Origin: Proteromonas lacertae
Lineage: Eukaryota
Reading direction: 5' to 3'
Length of the DNA: 37,652 nt
Assembly: GCA_002245135.1 (NCBI GenBank)
Contig: NGBS01001237.1
Location: 1-37,652 of the forward strand
Shown here: in pieces, positions 10,501 through 21,268 of the stretch
Position numbering within the stretch: the first letter of the stretch is position 1
How the letters are laid out: each line of letters begins with the position of its first letter
Translations under genes and position numbers: made by a program
Notes under the pieces: generated by a model
Database searches by the model: none
Told to the model about the DNA's origin: nothing
What the model saw: only the letters and a program-made list of their open reading frames with translations

Positions 10501-10945
10501 TGGTCCTCTTAGTCGATATTCCACTGCTACATTTGAACGTAGTTATCGGCAGCTACGCCATATAACGAAGTCGAATAATCAAATCACACAAAGTATTATT
10601 AACACATTATCATTATTAAATCAAATATATATATTTACCTATAATAAAATAAATGAAAATAATATGAATAATAAATATACTCTCTATAAAAATAAAGTAG
10701 TATCAATCATCATCAATACTGATAAAAGAATTTCTTTTGGATTAGTTACAGATGTATCCTATAACAACATAAACAATAATTATACACTAACATATAAAAA
10801 AGTTGCTGTAAGAAGAATTACTCTTAAAATCTATGAAATAATAAATATAAATAATACAGTGACAAGCATTATAATTGAAAATTGTACGATATCTGAAACT
10901 ATTATGTATCATGATACTAAGGACTATATAATAATAAAATTGTAA
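7508..10945 (+). CDS. CACTA/EnSpm-type transposase, ~1145 codons, interrupted by 4 TAA codons (8702-8713) within the minisatellite
   Basis: ORFs 7508..8704 and 9200..10945 share a frame that is open from 8714 to 10945. Motifs ISYDG, LVKELNYL..G, CNDMVA..CRTC, FDSMH and PSMHSLVH...GPLSRYSTATFER match the CMC transposase pattern (D, D, CxxC, DxMH, HxLxH..GPL..FER). Confidence 0.85.
8533..9058 (+). repeat. Coding minisatellite (AAT)n-ATA-AAT-AAT-CAA-TAT-TCA-GAT/ATT, 33-39 bp unit, ~14 copies (NNNNNINNQYSD)
   Basis: AATCAATATTCA recurs from 8552 to ~9052; the copy at ~8696-8740 is corrupted. Confidence 0.95.
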
Positions 10946-10989
10946 TTATACTAATTATACAATTGTTTGTATTTTGTTAAACCAAAAAC

Positions 10990-11950
10990 ATTAAACTTTT
11001 TCATCTTTTGATATTTCTATTTTGTAATAAAACATACTATACTGTAATAGGGAATATAGTCATCGTTTATTCTGGTAGTTGTGTTTATACATCATACAAT
11101 AATCTGTAATTAACATATCCATCAATATATCATATCTTGAAGATTCGATTATTATTATATCACCTTCATCATTATCAATAGTATTTGTAGTAAAAGTTGG
11201 CAAATATCTATAAAATAATAATTAATATACTAATAATTATCATCTTCATTATATCTAAGGAACTAAACACTATCAAATCCAGTCAATTCATTAGTAACAA
11301 TCTGTAGAGTTAATGTTGATTTCTTTAATAACATCAGCAACACTTGTAATTTCATCAAAAATCTTATATTTTCATCTCTACTATTTGTAAAATCGTGTGA
11401 TTTTTTGTTAACCCCACATTATTTTCCACCTAATGCTCTGAGTTTTTAAAATAAATCTGAAATATACCTAATGATGTTTTTATCCTTTTCTTGCATTTTC
11501 TTTAATTTAGATTAGAATTAAAATTCTGTAGTAGAAAATACTCATAAATTATTATCTATCAGTATACTACCATTTTATTTTCATGTTTCTCGTTTGACAG
11601 TACCGCCATTATCACCATTTAACTAATTGGCTTATGTTTTCGTATATTTATACTCACCATTCTGAACATAATTATTAGTTAAATATATCTAATCTTCTGA
11701 TTGTGAATTTCCTACTTTTGTTTCTGTTTTTTGGCGATTTATGAATTTATATTCGTTATAGTAAATGACAATACACTTAAAACGTTGTATTTTTGTATTA
11801 ACTATATCATGTTTTATCTCTGCATATTCTATTATTTCGAGTGAATTTATATAATCTACATAATTTATTTTAAACAATAAATAGATTCTTTTACATTTTA
11901 TTCTTCTTACATCTCTTTCAATCTCTAATTTCTCTGATTTCCATTAGAAC
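10990..11950 (-). pseudogene. Decayed gene-like fragment of unknown origin in the transposon's right arm
   Basis: Protein-like stretches (KSEKLEIERDVRRIK.., KNIIRYISDLF*KLRALGGK*, YLPTFTTNTIDNDEGDII) are broken by stops and intron-like GT..AG segments. Family not recognised. Confidence 0.4.
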
Positions 11951-12457
11951 AATAAAACAAAATATGCAAAACAATTAACACATGTTGGTAACTAATAAAA
12001 CCAATTAAGTGCATCCTTTTAATGAAATCGAAAATCTTCAAATTTAAAATTTATTGAACAATACAATTTACTATTTATAAAGATTTTGCACAATGGGTTA
12101 AAGTGAATGACATTATAAAATTATATGATTCCTAAAGGGCAAAAAAAATGCTCATTAAACTGTAGATTGTTTATAGAATGTACTTTTTATAATAAAAATT
12201 CATTATAACTGTGTATCTCAGCAACTCTTAATAGTTTTTATGGTTATATAACTTCTGATTAAAAAATGTCAAAAATTAATTTTTGCTATTTTATGCTCAT
12301 TTGAAACTAGGACATGATATCAGTAAGTATACAAAATTTTATTTCCAAACTCAAACTACAACATAACGAAAAAACGAAAAGAAAAAAGTATAAAAGTGAA
12401 AATTAGACAAGCCCGATTTGAGTCAAGTATGCAAGTCCTATTTGCAAAATAGTTTTG

Positions 12458-12470
12458 AATTCTCATAGTG
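12458..12470 (-). repeat. Right TIR
   Basis: AATTCTCATAGTG is the reverse complement of 5562-5574. Confidence 0.93.
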
Positions 12471-12732
12471 TTACTGGATATTCTGGATATGGGAACACTA
12501 AAATATCCTGTTTATTCATATCCTCTATAATATATTCTTCCTCATTTTTGATGTACCAAATTTAATAATATAATTGTTATTGAATGCTTCAATGAATCAT
12601 TTGAAAATCTCTATAATCTGTTATAATAATCTGTATATATCACATATCACTGTATTATATATGATGAGAACAACTCCAATAATTGTACGTGTATTATACA
12701 ACTATTCACTGGCGATGATAAAATAGACATTT
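12471..12732 (-). pseudogene. 5' piece of the host gene interrupted by the transposon
   Basis: Frame YIKNEEEYIIEDMNKQDILVFPYPEYPV runs into the TIR. Upstream sequence is frameshifted and too short for a complete ABCA N-terminus. Confidence 0.45.
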
Positions 12733-12818
12733 TCAATTGTTTCAAAAAAATAATTCGTTTCATATATTTAATTTTTGTTGTTTTCTTGTTGTTAAGAAAG
12801 AATATTCTGTTGTAAAGT

Positions 12819-13805
12819 ATGTGTAAAGTTGTATTTCATCATTTTATATGTTGTTTATTTGTTTTTATGATATTCACTCTGTCATTGCCTATTCTCTTCC
12901 CACTTGTGTTGTTTTATATTAATCAACCTGAAATAATAAAATATTATTTCGATAGAAATGGATCAGTTATAATGCCTATTGATATTAAGTGGAAATCAGA
13001 AAGTCCTTTATTTCATTCAAAATATATAATGATGCCAATTCAAATAAATTCTTCAATCCATCCTTTTACAATGTATATAAGGAAAAGTAGTGATCTAATA
13101 TCCAGTTCAATACTACAATTTGGTAAATGGCCTGAATGTGAGGATTATTTAAATATATTCAAAGACATTGAGAATTCACTTCATATAACAGGTTCATTTC
13201 TAGATATTGGTGGTAATATAGGAGCTTGCAGTTTATTGTTTCTATCGTATAACATTAAAACAATCATATTTGAACCAATGCCAGACAATTTGTATTTATT
13301 AACAAGTAGTTTGTTAATAAATCCATCATTCTTGAATATAAGTGAATTATATCCAATAGCATTGGGAGAAAAGGAAGGTAAAGGAGAAATAAAAGCATCA
13401 TCCAATAATTGGGGAGGATCTTCATTAGTAGCAAGAATACCAAGAATAAATAATAAAGTGATAAAGATATTTACATTAGATAAAATATTGAAAGATAGAA
13501 ATGAAAAGATTTTATTGACTAAAATTGATGTAGAAGGTTATGAGTATAATGTGTTGAAAGGAAGTATTATGAAATTGAAAAGTAAAGATTTAATAGCAAT
13601 TATATTTGAAGTGAATTGTTATACTTTAAAAAGTGTGAAAGTTAAACCGTCAATGATATTTAAGTTTTTAGAAGATATTGGTTATGTAATATATAATAGA
13701 ATGAATAGAGTATGTGATGATGTGGATAATGTAGTTGCTAATGTTTTAGCAATTCATAGTGTATATTATAATTTAATAAATATAACTCATTTTGCTAAAT
13801 ACTAG
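12819..13805 (+). CDS. FkbM-family SAM-dependent methyltransferase with N-terminal membrane anchor
   Basis: FLDIGGNIG, IIFEP, PIALG, KIDVEGYEYNVLKG and IIFE motifs; intronless; hydrophobic residues ~4-34. Confidence 0.92.
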   Translation: MCKVVFHHFICCLFVFMIFTLSLPILFPLVLFYINQPEIIKYYFDRNGSVIMPIDIKWKSESPLFHSKYIMMPIQINSSIHPFTMYIRKSSDLISSSILQFGKWPECEDYLNIFKDIENSLHITGSFLDIGGNIGACSLLFLSYNIKTIIFEPMPDNLYLLTSSLLINPSFLNISELYPIALGEKEGKGEIKASSNNWGGSSLVARIPRINNKVIKIFTLDKILKDRNEKILLTKIDVEGYEYNVLKGSIMKLKSKDLIAIIFEVNCYTLKSVKVKPSMIFKFLEDIGYVIYNRMNRVCDDVDNVVANVLAIHSVYYNLINITHFAKY

Positions 13806-13939
13806 ATAATTTAATATGTGGAATTTAATATTTATTTGGGTTTTAAGGCATTTGTTTATTGTTTTGAAGAAATTATTTTCATACACCACTTTTTTTTTCA
13901 AAACCCATTTTGTAGTAGTTTTTCGTTTTAAAAATTATA

Positions 13940-16900
13940 ATGAAAATTAGGAACTTAATAAATATTTTTCTACTGTTTCTGATTGTATTTATTGACTCGT
14001 TATTTGATTATAGTCAGCATATAGTTTTAGTATACATCCATTGTCAGATACACAAAGCCTAAGCAACACACTTCGGATAAATGGCATAGTAGATCTAAGT
14101 CGAAGCAATGACGAATCTCAGCAAGGTATTTTTATGTTTTCTATGTTTTTTAGATTTTTCTATATCAGTGGGTCTATACTCTTGGAAAACCATTACAAAT
14201 TTAAAGGGTGGAATATGCATATCCAGGGATTGTAGTAAGAATAATATTCGAAGAAATGTGTCTCTATCTTTGTGGATGCTTGAGATATCTTTTAGATAAA
14301 TATATAAAAATAAGAAATTTTCTTAATTAAATATAACCTTCAGAAACAGAATATTCAAAAATCAAATCAATCAAAAACCACATCAACTCTCTGTGTGATT
14401 CTAATCCAAAAGATAAACCTATATATTTTATAACACCACACAATGAAGCATATATAAAATTGAGTATTATTAGTTGTATTATTTAATGTTCAATAGTATT
14501 GGAGGAAGTAAATAAAACATCAGAATTGGGATGTAATTTCTTTGTAATGGTTATGTCTGGTAATTCTTACTTCTTTAAAGACAATAGCTACAAATATTTA
14601 GGATCAATAGATCCTTCAGATATCTCTAAAATGTTGAAAGCATTAGAATATCCAATTAGAAATGATTTAATACGAAGAATTGCCATAATTACTTATGGTA
14701 ATAATGATTATAATAAAGGAATAAAAGAAGAAGAATACATCACTCAATACTTTAAAGATTACAGTTTGGAATTTAACGAAGAATGCACAGTAATATATGG
14801 AAGGTCAATTTGTTTACCTTATTTTATAGATGTATAATAATAAACTACTATAATAATAATTATTATTATTTTAATAGTTGACAAAAGAAAGAGATATTGA
14901 AAGAGCTAAAGTAATAAAGAATACTCTTTGTCCATTGAAGGTGATAGAAGATACAGATATATTAATAGTAAATGTAATTGATACTATGTGGGCTGTAGTA
15001 ATCTCCGAATTAGATAGTTGTGATAAACGATTGAACTATATTATGTTTTTTTCATCATCAAAGTTCTTGTTTATTGATAATGTAAATCATATTGAATATA
15101 CAGTGGATAATAGCATATTACATAATAGAAATACAATCAATAATAAGTATATATATATATGATATTACTATTATAAATAGTAAAATAACAAATGAATTTA
15201 TATATGAAATATATGAATATGTTACTCCATATATAGAATATATAAATAATAATATAAAGTTAAAATATATCTCTACACCGGATAATAAGTTTCTATTTCG
15301 TGGATATGATGTTGGAATATTAATTGAGAATCATATTTCACAATTTAGTAAGTCAAATGATCAAAGTAAAGTAGAGAATATATTTAGTAATGGTTTTACT
15401 GGAAATACATTTGAATCATTTATAGATTGTATAATTATATATAATTAATTATATATAGCTTATATCCATATTACAGATAATGGTCAATCGTTAATATTAC
15501 CAGGTGGAAATACATTAAGTACATATTATACAAACATATTGATAGATGATCGACATATGAATATTGGAGATAATATTTCACTAACAAATAGAGAAGTTTT
15601 ACTTTCAGTAAAGTATATTAATTATTATTATTATTATTATTATTAGAATACCAATAACTGCTTCATCCTACCTATCTTCACTTGTAGCAAAACCATTAAC
15701 AATTATATATGAATATGGTTTTACTTATTGGTATATTTATTATTCAGTTTATGTTGTATTCCTTTTAATAATAATCAGATTTGTTATTGCTGAAAGAAAG
15801 TATATTATTATTATTATTTTGTTTTATATAGACATTTCATGTTTTTTTATTCCATGTTTTATGTCATTGTTTTCATTATAGTAATAATATTTTCAATGGT
15901 ATATTTCTTAATGTTAGAAATTGACCCAAGTCCAATTATTTGCACATTAAGAAATGTATTTAATGTTATTGGATTTCATTGTTCTATTCTGTTTATGTTT
16001 ATTGTTCAATACTTGGTAACAACATTGAAACCACCACCAGAAGTACTTAAGAATGTATTTCTGTTCATCTTTTTAATGATTGTAAATGTTGTATATATTA
16101 TAATAAGCAATGAACCTTATCAAGCTACATATGGCTATTCAATGTTGGATGGTTATAATGTGCAATATTCATGTTTTGAAGTTCAAAGTACAACAATTTT
16201 TATATTTTATGAAGTTATTATTATATTTATTTGTGCAAGATGTTATGTGCTTTTAATGACAGATTTTCTATCTACAACAATGTATAAATATGTTGCTGTT
16301 ATTCTAATTTATTATTTGGTTGTTGTTGTATTGAATGTTGATGGTATAAAGAATGAAATAAATGAGGTATTTAAAGTAGAATATATCGTTCATTATATAT
16401 TCTTTGGAGTATTGATAGTGTTGACAATGATATTTTTTGTATATTATTATTATATTTATATTATAGATATTTTATAAAAGGCATTTTAACGAAGTTTATT
16501 TCTCTCATTATAATACACCTGAATATAAATTATCATGTATTAGAAATCCATTATTTTTCTGTTATTTTCTAAGCAAAGATAAAAAGAGAGTAACACCAAG
16601 TTTATCACATCATTTAAAAGTATATGCTCAATTGGAAGAGGCAAAAATAGATTTTAATCACTTTAAAGGATTATTAGGAAAAGCAAAAGAACATTTATTA
16701 ATATCTGAAGTTACAGTGGCAAATGTAATAGCAGCAACAGAAGATGAGAAGGATGAAAAAATGTTGATTTTAACTAAGGAATTACAAGAGCATATTATTA
16801 ATGATGAATTTTGGAATAATTTTCTTTCTTCGAGAGATTTTGCAGTTTTATTAACAACTTCACAAGAATTAACAGGTGGATTTTATACATTAAAAATACC

Positions 16901-17306
16901 AATTAAAAGGATAATATATGAGAGAACCTATTCTATATGGACAAAACAGAAAACATCATATGCTAAACAGAATCAATCCATGTATAATGGATCAACTTTA
17001 CATAGATCAAATTCAACATATGATGATAGTGGTAATTCTGAAACAGGTAGAGCATCAAGATTATCAAGAACTAATGGAGGAAGTAGTTATTATGGTCATA
17101 GTGTTAGGCAAACTTCATTTTTCACAAGTAATGTAAATTCAGCAGCACCCAATGGACCTGGACCAGCAAAGAAAACTAAACAAAATGAAGGTACTAATTT
17201 GTTGAGAGTGTCGCACAGTAACAATACAGCAAATCAAAACAGAACTAGTCTAAAACCCAAAAATGTTTTATCTTCCAGATCTTATGGAAATAATCTGGCA
17301 GTGTAA
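13940..17306 (+). CDS. Multi-exon receptor: signal peptide, periplasmic-binding-protein-I (Venus flytrap)-like ectodomain, 7 TM helices (class C GPCR-like), RGS-like domain, disordered tail
   Basis: ATG 13940 MKIRNLINIFLLFLI|SAYS (29-nt intron 13985-14013). PBP-I-like LRINGIVDLS, TNLKGGI and RIAIITYGNNDYNKG. Seven hydrophobic segments at ~15720-16475 with Cys at the top of TM3 and in ECL2. CIRNPLFFCYFL...EHLLISEVT...IINDEFWNNFLSSRDF resembles RGS helices. Confidence 0.7.
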
Positions 17307-17507
17307 ATTAGGATCTTATAGCTTATGTTTTTTATTTATCTAGAGTTTTATAAAGTTATGATGTTTTATTGTTTGTGTGATCCAAAAAAAGTGTTAACTA
17401 ATACACTCTTGCATAATACTCCATAGAATTATGAAGAAAAACAAAAAATGCAAAATAAAATTGAATTCTTTCCAGCCTTTTTTAAATAGGATTATTTATA
17501 TACAAAA

Positions 17508-18926
17508 ATGAGTAATAATAATTACTATATGATGGACCGTGATGGCCAAAATATGCGGTACCCTAATTATGGTGGCGCAGCTGGATGTATAAAATGATGT
17601 TAATATTGTATTTAGTGCAGAATATGATGATGGCAGCAAGGAACCCAGTACACATACCCCAACCTTATATGTCTGCTCCAATGCATAGTATATATATTTA
17701 TAGTAATGTTTGTAATAGATGTTAACCCAATGGCGACGAATATGCAACCAAGACCAATGTATGATCCAAACAGTGCAATAAGGACAACAAATCCACCAAG
17801 AATGACAATGGATCCAAATTCTTTTATGTTTAGACAACCAAGACCAATGAATCCACAAATTATACCACGACCTCAACCTGGTACTCAACAAGTCATACGT
17901 CAACATACAATGACACCTTATGGAATGCAGAGAGAATTTCAACCAGGAATGTATGAGAATTACAATCCACAGACTTTCATCCCACCAAACAGTTCAGGTA
18001 ATCCAAACCATCCAGCATCACCTCCCATTGATTACAATAGTACAGGTGCTACACCAGGTACAGCAGGGGATGAATACCAATATCTAGTAAGACCAAGATT
18101 ATCACCACCATTAACAGCATCAGTACAACAACAACAACAACCAAATCCTCAAATAATCAGATCACATCCATCTCCACCACTACCAACACAGTCTCCAATT
18201 CCAAATCAATCATCTTTACCATTACAACCAACTCAACCAACACAACAATCTCAAGTGATAGGAATGCCAATGAATATACCACTTCAATATCCAATACAAT
18301 CACTACCACCACAAGCCATTCCACAACCACAGCCAATACCATCCCAACAACAACAACAACAGCAACAGATACAACAACAAGAACCATTAACAGTAGAACA
18401 ACAATATGGAATTGAAGGTTTAAATCGTGTAATGAAAATGGATGGTAATAGTGATTTAGAGATGTTAGCATTGGGATTAGATTTAATGTCACTTGGTTTA
18501 CCACTTTCTACTAATGATAATATATATAATACTTTTGTATCACCATTAGTAGATAGTGGAAGAAATGTATCTTTATATCCTCCTAATTTTTCAATACCAA
18601 CTTGTTATCAACATATTATTCCTCAATTAACTGAAAGTTTATTTACTCATTTTTCTTTGAGGACTTTATTTTATATATTTTATACAATGCCTGGTGATAT
18701 AGCTCAAGCGTATGCAATGAAGAGATTATATGAAAACGGTTGGATATATAATAAAGTGGAGAAGAAATGGTATACTACAAATAATACTAAGAATAATGGA
18801 TATCATTATTATGATGTAAATACATGGGATGATAAACCAAAATGGTGTAATGACCCACTACCAGGACCTGAATCAAATTATGCAACAATGGAAGAAGTGA
18901 AAGAGAATTGTCCACCATTAAATTAA
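17508..18926 (+). CDS. CNOT2: CCR4-NOT complex subunit NOT2 (Pro/Gln-rich N-terminus, NOT box)
   Basis: QYGIEGL...DLEMLALGLDLMSLGL...IYNTFVSP, TLFYIFYTMPGD, LYENGWIYNK. Two short 5' introns join ATG 17508 to ORF 17706..18926. Confidence 0.92.
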
Positions 18927-19111
18927 TAAATAAATCGTAAAAATAGATTTTGAAAAATAATAAATAATAAAAAAAAGATGTAAAACCGATCTTTTCCTGC
19001 AAATTGTTTATGTTTTATTGAGAGATTTTTAATTCAATCAAATACAAATTTTGTTATATAAAAACATTTTTTTTATATATATTCATAATTAAATATCAAC
19101 AAAACAAACAA

Positions 19112-21153
19112 CTAGCGTTTTGATTTCATCTGTTTCTCTATTTTGCTCAATTTCTAACAAAATTATATAATTTACAATATATATATATACATGAATAATG
19201 TTTTGTAAACCATCGTCTATCATATTAAGAGTATTCTATTTAATAATAATACTTCTAATAAAAATACATCAAATTTTCTATTCATTTTGATATGTAACAG
19301 ACTAGAGTACAAACTATTACAATATTCATTAACTTCATGTACTGAATCAATCATTGGACTTGTAAATTTTGTAGAAGCTATACTTTTCTCTAATTGTCTA
19401 ATTCTTTCTTCCAATAAGTCTTTTTGAGATATTTCTATATCACTTTTCACTAGTTTTTGAACTGTATAATTGGCTTGTTTACTCAATTCTTCAGTATAAT
19501 ATAACTTTCTTTCTAATTCATCAATTTTCTGTTCATAATTTAACTTCATTTTGTTGAGATTATAATTGTTTAATTCATATTGTTTTGTTATGTTATTCTC
19601 TAATAATTTATATTTCTGATTGTATTCTGCTTCTAATTGTTCTTTATATCTCTTTAATTCTTCATTTTCAATTGGCAATGGTATTTCTGGAATTCCCATT
19701 GACTGTTTATTGTAGTTATTATTTGTCATAATTGTTGTGTTGTTGTTGTTGTTATTCTGTAGAGATGATTTCTTCAACTTTGGAACTGATTTTGATCTTA
19801 TTTTCTTAGTAGTTTTGGGTTTTGTTCTATCAATAGTAATCACAGTAGAATTTGATGTTGGTAATGGTGTATAAGATGATGATGATGATAAATATGTTGA
19901 TTGATGAATTGAAGTACTATAATTATTATTATGATTAAATTGTTTTGTTAATGGCTTCTTTGGTCTTGATTTCATTCTTTTAGAACTTTTTGGTTTTGGT
20001 AGATTTTGAATTGCTGTATTGTTTAACACTAATTATTATTATATACATAAATAAATATATATACTTGGTGCAGTAGGTATAGTAACATCATTACTTGTAG
20101 TTGTATAATTATTATATAGAGGAATATTAGGTGTAAGATTATCATTATTACTATTGTTAATATATGAAAATGAATGTTGTTGTTGTTGTTGTTGTTGTTG
20201 CATTTGTTGAACTTGTTGGATTCTACTTATATTATTATTATTATTAAAGTTTGATGTATTTTTTGGGTTTAAAAACACATCAGAACTTATATTGATATTG
20301 GTATCTAACTCTTTATGATGAATATCACTACTAATAGTATTATTATTATTATTATTATTATCTGATCTTATATTATTGATGTATTTCATCATATCTTCAC
20401 CTCCAATATTCATATTATCCGTCATAATTGATGATGATGATTGAGATGAATTAGTATTTGGTTTTGTTGACATTATCTTTGGTTTAACTGGACTTACTCC
20501 ATCTGAATCATCTGAAGCATGGATTTGACTTAATAGCAAATTCATTGAAGCTACAAATGTATGAACTTCTATTTGCTATTAATATATTAAATATACTATC
20601 TTTATCATTACCTATCATTGTTACTTTTTCATTACTTGTAAATATCTATTATAAATATATTATTACAACTTTTAATATATAATACAACATCAAATCTATT
20701 ATCTGTTGGTTCTTCCCACAATTGAAATACTTCTATTGCTGTGATTGGCACACGACTTTGTGAATGCTATTTATATATTAATTATGATTTAATTATACAG
20801 TATTTTGAAATACTAATTCCATACTCTCTGGATTGTAAGTTATAAATTCCTAAATTATAATTATTTCACCTTATACATCGATAAATCCATCTTTTATTTC
20901 TCTCTTAAATTTACCAGTTAATGCTTGATAGTCTAATTCAATAATATACTGTTGTTATACTAGTAACAGTAACAACTTTGGGATCACTTGGACTAATATC
21001 CATATCGCTTTTACTGTTGCTATTTTCATTGTAATCTGAGTTTTGATTAATAGCAGGATCATAATATTCAACCGATTCTGAATTATCAGTATCTCTAACA
21101 CTTAAAAAACAAAAAATATACATAATATTAGTAGTATACATATTTGAATTCAT
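19112..21153 (-). CDS. Multi-exon protein with N-terminal PH-like domain, Asn/Gln/Ser low-complexity region and C-terminal coiled coil
   Basis: Micro-exons at ~20530-20935 give IKGWIYR..FITYNPESMELVFQ..RVPITAIEV..DNRFDV..EVHTFVASMN (PH-like). Includes ORFs 20039..20545 and 19220..20029; last exon KLSKIEKQMKSKR* ends at 19112. Confidence 0.6.
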
Positions 21154-21268
21154 TATTTTTTTGTATATTTTGTTGATTCAAACAAAAATCAGATTTGAAA
21201 TTGAATTTTGAATTTATATCAAACCATTCTAAGAAAAGCTCGACTGTTTTGTTTTGTTTTTTATTAAA
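21154..21268. promoter_or_regulatory. Probable bidirectional promoter (115 bp)
   Basis: Divergent ATGs at 21153 (-) and 21269 (+). Confidence 0.5.

Larger units (their letters stand above)
5562..12470 (+). mobile_element. Full-length CACTA/EnSpm (CMC superfamily) DNA transposon, 6909 bp
   Basis: Perfect 13-bp TIRs: CACTATGAGAATT (5562-5574) and AATTCTCATAGTG (12458-12470). TT on both flanks (5560-5561, 12471-12472). Internal CACTA-type transposase and subterminal repeats shared by both ends. Confidence 0.9.

Noticed and set aside
5562..12470. Fanzor/TnpB RNA-guided nuclease cargo in the CACTA element
   Set aside because: No split RuvC motifs or terminal zinc finger plus DxNAAxNI seen in any frame I could read; a profile search would be needed to exclude a very decayed copy.
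17496..18504. Minus-strand ORFs 17496..17942 and 18157..18504, and similar short overlapping ORFs (e.g. 1287..1538, 1779..2024, 13181..13405, 33632..34022, 35705..36654)
   Set aside because: Antisense or alternate-frame shadows of well-supported genes.
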